From positions 32,001-96,000 of the forward strand of contig OZ223496.1 of the NCBI GenBank assembly GCA_965140785.1: a DNA stretch of 64,000 nucleotides, in the 5' to 3' direction. Under the pieces are notes generated by a model. That model was not told the origin of the DNA. It was given only the letters and a program-made list of their open reading frames with translations, and made no database searches. A program made the translations under genes and the position numbers. This document shows positions 52,665-62,496 of the stretch, one piece after another; positions within the stretch are counted from its first letter, which is position 1, and each line of letters starts with the position of its first letter. This DNA is from an uncultured Ruficoccus sp. Lineage in GTDB: Bacteria > Verrucomicrobiota > Verrucomicrobiia > Opitutales > Cerasicoccaceae.

Positions 52665-52688
52665 CCTCCCATCCACTTCCCTTTTTTT

Positions 52689-53960
52689 ATGTCAATGAAC
52701 TGCGGCAAAAATAACCTGTGCCTGCTTTTAGCGATTCTCGGCGCGATCTGTTTACAGACGCTGCCGAGTGCAGCCCGAAACATCGTTGGCAATCCGGATT
52801 TTGAAAACATACGCCCCGATGGAGCACCGGCAGACTGGATCTTCTTTTTCCCGTCCGCCTCCAGCGGCCTGTCGCGGGCCGGTGAATCCGATTTTACCAT
52901 CGAACAGGGAGATGCTCCCGAACGCGCACATACACTCCGTATTTCCTCGGTTCAGCCCGTGCGGGCCTCCTTGCAACAGTCAGACCTGCCGCTGAAGCCG
53001 GGGCAGACGCTGCGGTTCTCCGTCTGGATGAAAGGCGAGGGGCTGGAGGTATCGTCCCGTCAGGGAGGCTGGGCACGCCTGATCTTCAGCAACCGTCACC
53101 ACCGCGACTGGCAGTCCGAACTGGACGCCTCCACCGTTTACTTAAAATCTCCGCAGAGTGATTTCGACTGGACGCTTTTGGAAGCCGAAGTATCCGTGCC
53201 GGACAAGGCCGATCGCATGACCCTCGATCTGTTCCTGTGGAAAACAAGCGGCACCGTCTGGTACGCCCAGCCGTCCGTGACAGTTCTCGCGGGTCCGCCC
53301 AACCCCCCGGACGCCACCGGAGACAGCAGCGGGTTGGACACCTTCGCGGCGGCCAACAAAGCTTTGTTGGAGAAAGCGACGAAAGAGCCGGAGGTCGTGT
53401 TTATGGGTGACTCCATCACGCACCGCTGGAATCTGCGCGAATACTTTCCGGGAAAAGATTGGGTCAACCGCGGTATCAGCGGACAGGCAACCTCCCAAAT
53501 GCTAGATCGTTTCGCGGACGATGTTCTCCAGCTAAAGCCCCGCGCAGTGGTTATCCTGGCGGGCACCAACGATATCGCCAACGGCATCTCCAACGAAGCC
53601 ATCACCGCCAACATCGCGGCCATGATCTCGCAGGCGCAGGCTGAGGGAATCCAGCCCGTTGTCTTGGCCGTCCTTCCGGTTTCTGATTATCACGCCGCCG
53701 ATAATCCCTACTTCCGGGCCTCTGACCGACGTCCCCGGGCCGTCATCCTGGACCTTAACCGGCGATTGGAGTCCCTCTGCCGGACAAAAGACGTCCCCTT
53801 CGTGGACCTCTATACAATCGCGGCGGATAACAGCGGACAAATCCCGGCTGACTGGGCCGACGATGGCCTCCACCCGAACGCCCTCGGTTACGCAGCGATT
53901 TCACCCACGGTCGGCGAGGCTGTGGAAGCGGCCCTCTCCGGCAGATCGACGAACCTGTAA
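52689..53960 (+). CDS. Secreted CBM-like + SGNH/GDSL esterase
   Basis: NPDFE jelly-roll N-terminus; FMGDSIT, NRGISG, GTND, DGLHPN. Confidence 0.88.
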   Translation: MSMNCGKNNLCLLLAILGAICLQTLPSAARNIVGNPDFENIRPDGAPADWIFFFPSASSGLSRAGESDFTIEQGDAPERAHTLRISSVQPVRASLQQSDLPLKPGQTLRFSVWMKGEGLEVSSRQGGWARLIFSNRHHRDWQSELDASTVYLKSPQSDFDWTLLEAEVSVPDKADRMTLDLFLWKTSGTVWYAQPSVTVLAGPPNPPDATGDSSGLDTFAAANKALLEKATKEPEVVFMGDSITHRWNLREYFPGKDWVNRGISGQATSQMLDRFADDVLQLKPRAVVILAGTNDIANGISNEAITANIAAMISQAQAEGIQPVVLAVLPVSDYHAADNPYFRASDRRPRAVILDLNRRLESLCRTKDVPFVDLYTIAADNSGQIPADWADDGLHPNALGYAAISPTVGEAVEAALSGRSTNL

Positions 53961-53981
53961 AACAGAATCCAAACTTTGAAG

Positions 53982-56396
53982 ATGATGCTCCCATTTATCC
54001 CCCAGTCGCTCCGGGCCAGTGGCCGACGTGCTCACCTGTGCGCCGCCATCCTGGCGCTCACGGTTAGCGGCACGGCACATGCGCAGGAACATGCGGCGAC
54101 GCCGGTTATCCAACGCGATGAGGTCAAAGCCTACCGCGCCGCCCACGAGCCCGCCTGGCGGGAAAAGATTCGGAACCATGAAAGCTGGCTCTTCTATACG
54201 GATGAGGAATGGCCGAACGTCATCCAACGGGTTCAGGAGCTAGACGGCCAGGGCGCACATTGGCGCGAAGTTTTTTTCGAAGCGGCGGACACCATTGTGG
54301 ATAATGAAATCCGTTCCTTCGAGGAGTATTACAAGCCCGACGACATTAAACAGGAATGGCAACGGGAAGTGGGAGATGACCTGTGCTCCATAGCGGTTGC
54401 CGCCAAACTGAGCGATGATCCCAGCTACCGTGAAAAGCTGCGCGAGCTCGTGCTGGCGGTCTGCGACTACCCCAGTTGGGGCCAGCACAATAACGACCTC
54501 GCCGCGGGGCATGTCGCCAGCGGTCTGGCCGTGGCCTACGACTGGCATAAGGACTTGTTCTCCGATGAGGAAAGGGAGCAAATCCGTCAGGTCGTCAGCC
54601 AGCGAGTCCCGGCCATTCTGCGCGCGCTGCTCGGTCAGATGTATTGGCAAAACACCTACACCTGGAATCATAACCAGATCAGCGTCGCCGGAATGGGACT
54701 GGCGGGCCTGGCTTTCCTTGACGAAATTCCCGAAGCGGGCGACTGGCTGGCCGGTGCCTTGCTGGACTATGAAAGGGTCGGCAAGTATTCCTCCCCCGAC
54801 GGGAGCTCCTGCGAGGGGCTCGGCTACTGGACCTATGGCCGGAGCTTTATCTTAAAATTTATCGAAGGCACCAAAGGTGTCACCGATTCGGGGAATTTGT
54901 ACGAGCTGCCTTTCCTGCGCAACGCCATCCGCTTCCGCCTGGCTTCCTCCACCCCGGGCTATCACCTCGTGCTCAAATGGGCCGACGGCCAGGGCTATGA
55001 CTTTCGCGGCCCGCAGCAGATCCTCTATCGCCTCGCCGCCGAGTACCGCGACGGCCAAGGGCAATACCTGGCCGACCACCTGCCTTTCCCGCCCCATCAC
55101 GGCCCGACCTCCGAAGCCTTTGCCTGGACGCTCCTGTGGTACGACCCCAGCGTTCCGGAAACACCGCCGGATTTCCTCAACTACCGCGCGCCGGACTGGG
55201 AGATCATCACCAGCCGCAGCGGTTGGGGCGAGGGTGATTACATGCTTTCCATCAAAGCCGGGCTGAATAACGACGCCCACAGCCATCTGGACGCCGGCGC
55301 GATCGCTTTCATCATGGGTCAGCGCTGGATGCTCTCGACCCCGGGCTACGGACTGGGAGACGGACGGCCCGGGTTCTGGGACCGCGACGGCGGGCGGTGG
55401 AAATTTTTCTCCAACAGCAGCGAGTCGCACTCGACACTACTCATCAACGGCAAAAACCAACGCTACCTGCCCTATGATGAAGCCGGTAGCCAGGTGGATA
55501 CCTATCTGGCCAGTCCGCGCACCCTCTGGGCCGAAGTGGATCTGAATAACGCCTATGATGATGTGACGAATATCCGCCGCACGGTCTTTCACCGCATCGA
55601 CAAGTACGTACTCGTGCTCGACCAGATCGACGCCGAAGATATCTTCTCGGTGGAGTGGCTGGCCCAGGTAGATCCCTACGCGCACATTCGCGCCTCCGAC
55701 GGCGAGCTCCACGTCAGCGATGCAGTTGGCAGCATGCGCCTGACCCTGCTCAACCCCGATATGCCCTTCCAGGAACGCGCTCCCAAGAGTCCCTATTACG
55801 ATTTGAAACCGCCCCGCCTCATCCGCACCTATGCCGCCGAGGCCGAGGGTATGTCCGTGCGCCTGGCGGCTTTGCTTCAGCCGACCTTTCGCGATGCGGA
55901 TGGCACGCCCATCGACGCCGAGCTCAGCGACACGGATGGAGTCGTGCATGTCGAACTGTCCGGCCCCGACTGGCAGGACGCCATCTGGCAATCCGATGAC
56001 AGCCGCCAACTGGGGACGGAGACCGTGTCCGCGCAGGCACGTGCGCTGGCTGTGTTTGACGAAGAGGACATGGGGGAAGGGCTGGTCGCCACCGGGGCCA
56101 CCCGGATAGTGAGCCCCACTCTCCAACTGCACTCGGAAGCGCCCGTTGATGCGATGGTCACGGCTGCGCCAGATGGCAGCGCGTTGCTGACCATTTCGAA
56201 AAACACGACGGTCACTCTTCAACTCCGGCCAGGGCTTCGCCTATATCGCCTTGATGGTGAACCCATCGATACGAATAAGGCGGTGCCCGGCGGGGAGTAT
56301 CTGGTGGCTGCTGATGCCGCCGCCCTGGCCTCGACCAAGGCATGGGTACGCTCCCTCGTCGAAACCGCCCGCAGTATCCCCGGTAAAAACCAATAG
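53982..56396 (+). CDS. Heparinase II/III-like oligosaccharide lyase
   Basis: Signal peptide, YDW, WNHNQ, DGSSCEGLGYWTYG, HSHLDAG, HSTLLING. Confidence 0.82.
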   Translation: MMLPFIPQSLRASGRRAHLCAAILALTVSGTAHAQEHAATPVIQRDEVKAYRAAHEPAWREKIRNHESWLFYTDEEWPNVIQRVQELDGQGAHWREVFFEAADTIVDNEIRSFEEYYKPDDIKQEWQREVGDDLCSIAVAAKLSDDPSYREKLRELVLAVCDYPSWGQHNNDLAAGHVASGLAVAYDWHKDLFSDEEREQIRQVVSQRVPAILRALLGQMYWQNTYTWNHNQISVAGMGLAGLAFLDEIPEAGDWLAGALLDYERVGKYSSPDGSSCEGLGYWTYGRSFILKFIEGTKGVTDSGNLYELPFLRNAIRFRLASSTPGYHLVLKWADGQGYDFRGPQQILYRLAAEYRDGQGQYLADHLPFPPHHGPTSEAFAWTLLWYDPSVPETPPDFLNYRAPDWEIITSRSGWGEGDYMLSIKAGLNNDAHSHLDAGAIAFIMGQRWMLSTPGYGLGDGRPGFWDRDGGRWKFFSNSSESHSTLLINGKNQRYLPYDEAGSQVDTYLASPRTLWAEVDLNNAYDDVTNIRRTVFHRIDKYVLVLDQIDAEDIFSVEWLAQVDPYAHIRASDGELHVSDAVGSMRLTLLNPDMPFQERAPKSPYYDLKPPRLIRTYAAEAEGMSVRLAALLQPTFRDADGTPIDAELSDTDGVVHVELSGPDWQDAIWQSDDSRQLGTETVSAQARALAVFDEEDMGEGLVATGATRIVSPTLQLHSEAPVDAMVTAAPDGSALLTISKNTTVTLQLRPGLRLYRLDGEPIDTNKAVPGGEYLVAADAAALASTKAWVRSLVETARSIPGKNQ

Positions 56397-56405
56397 CTCA
56401 ACCAC

Positions 56406-58133
56406 ATGAATTGGACGGACTGGCTAACCCTGGCCATATACTTTGTTTTCCTCATCGGGCTCGGGCTCTACTTTCGCGGCAAAAACAAGAACGTCAGTGA
56501 CTACTTCCGGGGCGGCTGTCAGGCCACATGGTGGATGGTCGGTTCGAGTATCTTCATGTCGTCCTTCAGTGCCTGGACTTTCACGGGCGCAGCCGGAGTG
56601 GCTTACGAGGCGGGCTTGAGCGTGGCCATTATCTTTCTGGCCAACGCCACCGGCTTCTTCATCCACTTCCTCTTTATGGGGCCCTGGATGCGGCAACTGC
56701 GGGCCATCACGGCTCCTGAAGTTATCCGGGACCGCTTCGGCCCGGTCACGCAGCAGTTAATCGCTTACCTGTCCGTCCCGCTTTTCCTGCTCTTTGCCGC
56801 CCTGGCCCTGTACGGGCTGGCCGTTTTCTGTTCGACGATTTTCGGCCTGCCCATCATCCCGGTCATTGTCACGGTCGGGATCGTCGTGCTCTTCTACGCC
56901 TCGCTGGGTGGCGTATGGGGGGTGCTCTCGACCGACTTTCTGCAGGGGCTGGTGCTCTTTCCGCTCACCATTCTGATGGCGGCGCTATGCCTGTACAAAC
57001 TCGGTGGCCTCGATGGCTTCCTCGCGGCGATTCACGATCAGGGCTTGAGCAGTGACTTCCGGATTTTCAAAGCCCCCGGCGAATTCCCCCACAACGCCTA
57101 CACGCACGCCTGGGCGGCCGGTATTTTCATCCAAATGCTCATCGGCTATAACACAATGGATTCGGCGGTACGCTACTTCTCAGTCAAGGACGGACGGTCC
57201 GCCCGCCTGGCCGGTATGCTGGCCTGCGTTCTCACGCTCATCGGGGCCGCCGTATGGTTCATCCCGCCCATGACCGGACGCCTGATCTTCGCCGGACAAA
57301 TCGATGCCATGTCCATTGCCAAGCCCGCCGAGGCGTCCTATGCACTCACGAGCATGGCCCTGCTGCCCAACGGCCTGACCGGACTGATGATGGTCGCGGT
57401 GTTCGCCGCCACCATGAGCAGCATGGACACCGGTTTGAACAAGAACGCCGCCATCTTCACCCAGGACATCTACCCGGCGCTCTGCCGACTGTTCAATAAA
57501 AAGCCGCTGGAGAACAAAGCCCGCCTGCTGCTGGGCGAGTGCTTCACGGTATTTCTCGGTATCGTCATCATCGGGATGGCCCTCTACTTCAGCCAAAGGA
57601 ATGGAGCGGGCATGTTTGAGGCCATGCTATCCATTCTCACGCTGCTGGTTCTGCCCATGGCTGTCCCCACCTTCCTCGGTTTCTTTTTCCGCAAGGTCCC
57701 CGCGTATACCGCCATCGTCTCCATGATCGGGGGCCTGACCGTCTCCACGCTGTCCTTTTTCAGTGAAACGCTGGGCATGGAGCCCTGGTCGACCCAGAAA
57801 AACGTCTTGTGGGTCAGCCTGAGCGCCAGCGTGTTCTTCTTTGCCTGTCGATTAGGCTGGCGAGGGACCAGTGCCGCATATCGTGAGCAAGTCGACCGGT
57901 TCTTCATCCGCATGCACAAGCCGGTCAACTACGCCGAAGAAGTCGGGGAGGACAGCGATAAAAGCCAGTTGGGCGTCATGGGCGGCATCTCGTGTATCCT
58001 GGCTGGCCTGATCGCCCTGACCCTGCTCTACCCGAATCCGCCGGCCAATCGTCTGGCGATTCTTTTCCTGAGCGCTTTCATCGCCGCGATTGGCGCACTG
58101 ATGCTGTGGCGTTCGCGTGTAGACAGCCAGTGA
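56406..58133 (+). CDS. Sodium:solute symporter (SSS)
   Basis: DYFRGG..WWMVGSSIFMSSFSAWTFTG, FAATMSSMDTGLN; multi-TM. Confidence 0.92.
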   Translation: MNWTDWLTLAIYFVFLIGLGLYFRGKNKNVSDYFRGGCQATWWMVGSSIFMSSFSAWTFTGAAGVAYEAGLSVAIIFLANATGFFIHFLFMGPWMRQLRAITAPEVIRDRFGPVTQQLIAYLSVPLFLLFAALALYGLAVFCSTIFGLPIIPVIVTVGIVVLFYASLGGVWGVLSTDFLQGLVLFPLTILMAALCLYKLGGLDGFLAAIHDQGLSSDFRIFKAPGEFPHNAYTHAWAAGIFIQMLIGYNTMDSAVRYFSVKDGRSARLAGMLACVLTLIGAAVWFIPPMTGRLIFAGQIDAMSIAKPAEASYALTSMALLPNGLTGLMMVAVFAATMSSMDTGLNKNAAIFTQDIYPALCRLFNKKPLENKARLLLGECFTVFLGIVIIGMALYFSQRNGAGMFEAMLSILTLLVLPMAVPTFLGFFFRKVPAYTAIVSMIGGLTVSTLSFFSETLGMEPWSTQKNVLWVSLSASVFFFACRLGWRGTSAAYREQVDRFFIRMHKPVNYAEEVGEDSDKSQLGVMGGISCILAGLIALTLLYPNPPANRLAILFLSAFIAAIGALMLWRSRVDSQ

Positions 58134-58414
58134 CTGCGCGGGTCAAATAATCCGGCGAAACCGTTGACGATGCTCCGGGGTCGGGCTGCGACTCAACCAG
58201 CAAGACCTGCGGCCTGCCGCAGAGAGGGCGGCCTGAGCAAAGGCCCCGGCGGCGTAAAAGGATATACGGCCTCCGGGCACATTATACGCGGACTTTACGA
58301 ACATGAAGACCAGCTGCTCTTTGTCATATATTTTTGGATACAGCCCAGTGAGTACGCATCATCGCACAGCGGGACGACATTGCCCTTCCGGCGCCCGACT
58401 ATTAGCTTGATCGA

Positions 58415-61400
58415 CTATCTCCTAACAAAGACCTCCAAGTCAGCGACACGCGCCATATTGTATTGGCGGCCTTCTTCGATCTTGGCCTGGGTCACGTCCT
58501 TGGTGATCACAAACGCTACATAGCGGATGCCGGGCAGGTAACAGTCCTGGGAAGCGACACCACTAGTATCCACTTCTCCCTCCCCGAAGGCATCCACCCT
58601 GTTCTCATCTTCGAAGAGCGTGCCGAGGTCTGCACCGGCATAAAAACGCACCGCTCCCACCCGGTAGGCACCGGGGATCCCAGTGAAGCGCATCCCATTG
58701 AGATCACAGGATTCACCCAGATCATAAATGAGTACGAGGCACTTGCCCGCCTGCTGATCGCTGGCGCGGTAGAACAGCTTAAACTCCTCGTCCGAACCAT
58801 CCGTCAGTTGCCCCAGTAACTCGTCGGTCGCGGGAATGCGGGCATTGTTGATGTTGAAGTCTCCGTCGGCCCCACGCACGTACAGGTACTGCGAATCCGT
58901 CGCCGCACCAGGCCCCGATACATAGTAGTCCAGCGGAAGGGCTTCAGCAATCGCGCTCAGCCGTCCACTGACCTCGAACTCGGAGACACGTGCCATATTG
59001 TACTGGCGGCCCTCGTCGATCTTGGCCTGAGTTACATCCTTGGGAATCACCAGCGCCACATAGCGGGCAGTGGGCAGGTATAGCTCCTGGGAGGCGGCAC
59101 CACTGGCATCCACCTCGCCCGACCCGAAAGTATCGACCCGGTTAGCATCCTCGAATAAGGTAGCCAGTTCAACACCCGCATAGAAGCGCACCGCCCCCAC
59201 CCGGTAGGCACCCGCGATCCCGGTAAAATCGATACGGTTGAGCTCATAAGGAAGGCCCAGATCATAAATGAGCACCAGGCACTTGCCCGCCTGCTGATCG
59301 CTGGCGCGGTAGAACAGTTTAAACTCCTCGTCCAAGCCATCCGTCAGCTGCCCCAGCAACTCGTCGGTCGCCGGAATGCTCAGGTTGTCAATGTTGAGCT
59401 TGCCGTCGGCATCGCGCACGTACAGGTACTGCGAATCCGTGGCCGCACCCGCGCCCGACACGTAGTAGTCCAGCGGGAGCGCATTGGCCAGCAGGCTCCG
59501 CCGTCCCGTCACTTCCAGCTCGGCCACGCGCGCCATGTTATACTGGCGGTTCTGGTCGATCTGGTCCTGGATAACATCCTGGGTGATGACCAGCGCGAGA
59601 TAGCGAGCGCTGACCGCGGGCGCTTCACAAAAGTAGCGGCCGCTCAGCTCAAGCTCGGACGCCCCGAGATCATCGATCCGGTTCACATCCTCGAAGAGCA
59701 GATCCGGGTCGTTGGCAGCATAGAGACGGATCGCCCCCACCCGATAAGTGCCATACGCGCCGGTAAACCTCACCCGATCGATCGGACACGGAATGCCCAA
59801 GTCGTAGATCAAAACCAGACACTTGCCCGCCTGCTGATCGCTGGCCCGATAGAACAACCTAAAGGGTTCATCCGAGCCGTCCGTGATCTGCCTCAGCAAC
59901 TCCTCGGTGGCAGGAATGCTCAGGTTGTCGATGTTGAACTTGCCGTCGGCATCGCGCACATACAGGTACTGCGAGTCCGTGGCCGCGCCCGCGCCCGACA
60001 CGTAGTAGTCCAGCGGCACGGCTTGGCTGATCAGGTTGACCGGGGCAAGCTCCCGGGTCACCTTGACCGACTGGGCTGAGAGGAGCCCCAGCCCGCTGGC
60101 ATCCGGAATATCCGCCGTATAGGTCCAGGCAGTCCCGGTGCTGTTCAGGCCACTGTAAAAGGTCACGGTCACATAAGGGTCCAGAGAAAGAGAGCCGACG
60201 TCGCCCATCCACGGCAGATTGTATTCACCCACTTCGGGCAACTCCATCAGCGGCGCGTCCCGGTAATACGTCTGCGGGTAGGTATGCACGAGTCCCGGCG
60301 AGGGGAAGGTGAAGGTCTTGAAATCCGGCAACTCATCCGCTGTAATCGCATGAGGGCTGTTGAGGAACAGGTCCCCATTGTAGTTTCCCCCTCTACTGGC
60401 ATCCGGAGGAAGCAGACTGTACACCCCCGCCCACGTATTAACCCAAGTGATCTCGGGATAGTCTTCCACCAGACTCTCCAGCGCTTCACTCCAGTCCGCC
60501 GGGTCCTCGGTCAAAGCCACTGTCCAGTCGCCGGAACGCACGCCGAATTCGGAAAAGCCCACCGGCTTACCGATTTTCACCATCCACGAGTAATTGGAGT
60601 CATTGGATTTTTTCCCGGACTGATAAAAAGTCGGTGCAAGAATATCCACATACGGGTTTCCGGGGTAAAACACTTCGGCACTCTCACTGACGAAGTTGAA
60701 GTCCGCCGGACAGAAAGCCAGCAGGCAGCCATTGAGCTGCCGTACGTTGTAGAAATAATCGTACATCTGCCGCCAGACGTTTTTAAAGGCCTGACGACCC
60801 GCCTCAGTCTTTCCATAAAAGCTGCGCACGTTCATCTCGATATTCGTGCGCAGGATGTACGCGCCAACGCCCCGCTGCTCGAGATCCTCCAGCGCGTCGG
60901 CCCACTGCCGGACAAAGTCCCAGTAGGCGCCGCCAACTTCGGCATCGTAGAGAGGGCTGGTCTGGTCGATGTACAGGATAGCATCGTCGTAGTCTCCCGA
61001 ATGAACCGGCGGATCAACCAGCCCCTTGGCCACGAGCATGTCGCCGATGTATGTTTCGCAGTTGACCTGGATGAGCAGAATCGCGCCCCCCTGATAATGA
61101 TTGTAGAGCACGTCGTTGATGTAGCTCGTACCGGGCTTGCCGTTAGTGGAGTCCGCGCTGTCGAAGGCAAACCCCTCGCCGGTCCAGTAATAGGGCGCCG
61201 AGTACAGACCCGGGTACACGCCAAAGGTCTGCACGATCGGATCGTAGTTACTCCCGTTCGGGTAGGAAGTGGTATTGATCAGATTGTCGAACGCACCGAC
61301 CACGAAGCTCGGCGTTTTGCTGCGTCCTTGCAGATAGTAGAAGAGGTTTTTAGCTTCATCGGTTGCATGGGGGTTGGCGGGGGCGGCCCCCGAAGAGGCC

Positions 61401-61480
61401 TCCGCGCTGGTGCAGACGAACACCAGTAAACAGAAAAGAGTAAGCACGAGAGGTGAGAGTTTTTTCATCGATGAATTCAT
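58415..61480 (-). CDS. Secreted GH26-like hydrolase with a beta/gamma-crystallin-like domain and three discoidin-like repeats
   Basis: PANPHATDEAKNLFYYL, LRTNIEMN, YPGNPYVDI, KPVGFSEFG; three ~180-aa repeats. Confidence 0.75.
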   Translation of the reverse strand: MNSSMKKLSPLVLTLFCLLVFVCTSAEASSGAAPANPHATDEAKNLFYYLQGRSKTPSFVVGAFDNLINTTSYPNGSNYDPIVQTFGVYPGLYSAPYYWTGEGFAFDSADSTNGKPGTSYINDVLYNHYQGGAILLIQVNCETYIGDMLVAKGLVDPPVHSGDYDDAILYIDQTSPLYDAEVGGAYWDFVRQWADALEDLEQRGVGAYILRTNIEMNVRSFYGKTEAGRQAFKNVWRQMYDYFYNVRQLNGCLLAFCPADFNFVSESAEVFYPGNPYVDILAPTFYQSGKKSNDSNYSWMVKIGKPVGFSEFGVRSGDWTVALTEDPADWSEALESLVEDYPEITWVNTWAGVYSLLPPDASRGGNYNGDLFLNSPHAITADELPDFKTFTFPSPGLVHTYPQTYYRDAPLMELPEVGEYNLPWMGDVGSLSLDPYVTVTFYSGLNSTGTAWTYTADIPDASGLGLLSAQSVKVTRELAPVNLISQAVPLDYYVSGAGAATDSQYLYVRDADGKFNIDNLSIPATEELLRQITDGSDEPFRLFYRASDQQAGKCLVLIYDLGIPCPIDRVRFTGAYGTYRVGAIRLYAANDPDLLFEDVNRIDDLGASELELSGRYFCEAPAVSARYLALVITQDVIQDQIDQNRQYNMARVAELEVTGRRSLLANALPLDYYVSGAGAATDSQYLYVRDADGKLNIDNLSIPATDELLGQLTDGLDEEFKLFYRASDQQAGKCLVLIYDLGLPYELNRIDFTGIAGAYRVGAVRFYAGVELATLFEDANRVDTFGSGEVDASGAASQELYLPTARYVALVIPKDVTQAKIDEGRQYNMARVSEFEVSGRLSAIAEALPLDYYVSGPGAATDSQYLYVRGADGDFNINNARIPATDELLGQLTDGSDEEFKLFYRASDQQAGKCLVLIYDLGESCDLNGMRFTGIPGAYRVGAVRFYAGADLGTLFEDENRVDAFGEGEVDTSGVASQDCYLPGIRYVAFVITKDVTQAKIEEGRQYNMARVADLEVFVRR
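58430..60017 (-). repeat. Three tandem ~540-bp intragenic repeats
   Basis: PLDYYVSG starts at about 60017, 59477 and 58937, with long identical DNA blocks (cacttgcccgcctgctgatcgctggc). Confidence 0.9.
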
Positions 61481-61707
61481 GGGGTATTCCTTTTCACCGA
61501 GGGGGTGTTGGGTTAATAAGATAAACGATAGCCGATTTTTACGCCGCCCCCTGAAGATCATCAATCCGCAGGCTTTCGAACAGTTCGCAGCCCTCTCGAT
61601 ATTGCCCGATGGGCCCACACAAGCGACCATCCTTACCCGTGGCCCACGATCGGCCCCTTCGCATGCTTACGACTCTCGCCACCCCCGACTAAAACGCAGA
61701 CGTCTGC

Positions 61708-62496
61708 TTACCGGGAAACTTCGTCCAAGTTGAGTTTCTCGACCTTGAAGTGCGAGGTGTGCCCAGAGGGATGGTAGATAATAAACAAGAGGCGGTCCTG
61801 CGCACCCACCGAGTACTTTTTGAAATGCTGACGACGCCAGTTACCGTTGCGGTCGCGGGAGGCCAGCAGCATCATCTGCAAGTGTGCGTCTGTGAGGACC
61901 AGCGACTCGAGACTGCGCTCGCCCTTGCCCAATTCAAAGACCTCACCTCCCAACGAACATCCAACCGGAGTCGGTGTTAAATTCATGATCATCGCGTGCC
62001 CCGGCGGCACCGCCTCAGCCTCGGCCCGGATGGGGAATATCTTGTACGTTTCGTCCGCCTGCGGAAAGAAGAGGAGGAGCACTCGCGTTTCCCCATCGGG
62101 TAACTTCACCCTGCCCAACGGCGTGCGTGTGCCGGGCTCTTGCCCTTCCGGGGCGGGCCGGAAAAACGTGAGCGTTGGCGGACCACGGTAGCGGTACTCA
62201 CGCGAGAGTCGGCCTTCCTGCAGGTCCATGTCAGTCGCATTGAGTTGGCCCTCCCCCGCAAACGCAATGGCAGGCGGCTCGTAAGGAGTTTCATCGGGCA
62301 CCAGTTCCGCCGCTTCCTCGGGCGTCAGCCGCTTGGGTGTCGGGCTGAAACCGGCCACCGGATCGTCCTGCGGCCAGAGGTAAACCTGAAAGGAAACCGG
62401 CTCGGGCTCACCGGGCGTCGCCGTCCCCTGCTCCGTCGCGGCGAAGCAGCTCGCCGCGCTCATCAGGATCAGCCAGCCTGCCCACAAAAGCTTCAT
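61708..62496 (-). CDS. Secreted hypothetical protein (accessory of the pilus-like cassette)
   Basis: Signal peptide MKLLWAG...SCFA; overlaps the stop of the upstream large gene by 4 nt. Confidence 0.7.
   Translation of the reverse strand: MKLLWAGWLILMSAASCFAATEQGTATPGEPEPVSFQVYLWPQDDPVAGFSPTPKRLTPEEAAELVPDETPYEPPAIAFAGEGQLNATDMDLQEGRLSREYRYRGPPTLTFFRPAPEGQEPGTRTPLGRVKLPDGETRVLLLFFPQADETYKIFPIRAEAEAVPPGHAMIMNLTPTPVGCSLGGEVFELGKGERSLESLVLTDAHLQMMLLASRDRNGNWRRQHFKKYSVGAQDRLLFIIYHPSGHTSHFKVEKLNLDEVSR

Noticed and set aside
58164..58523. 119-aa + strand ORF after the SSS gene
   Set aside because: TTG start, overlaps the convergent GH26 end, and has no recognisable features.
58430..60017. Possible CRISPR array or DGR template/variable repeats
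   Set aside because: The repeats are in-frame 540-bp protein domains; no spacers, cas genes or reverse transcriptase are seen in the window.
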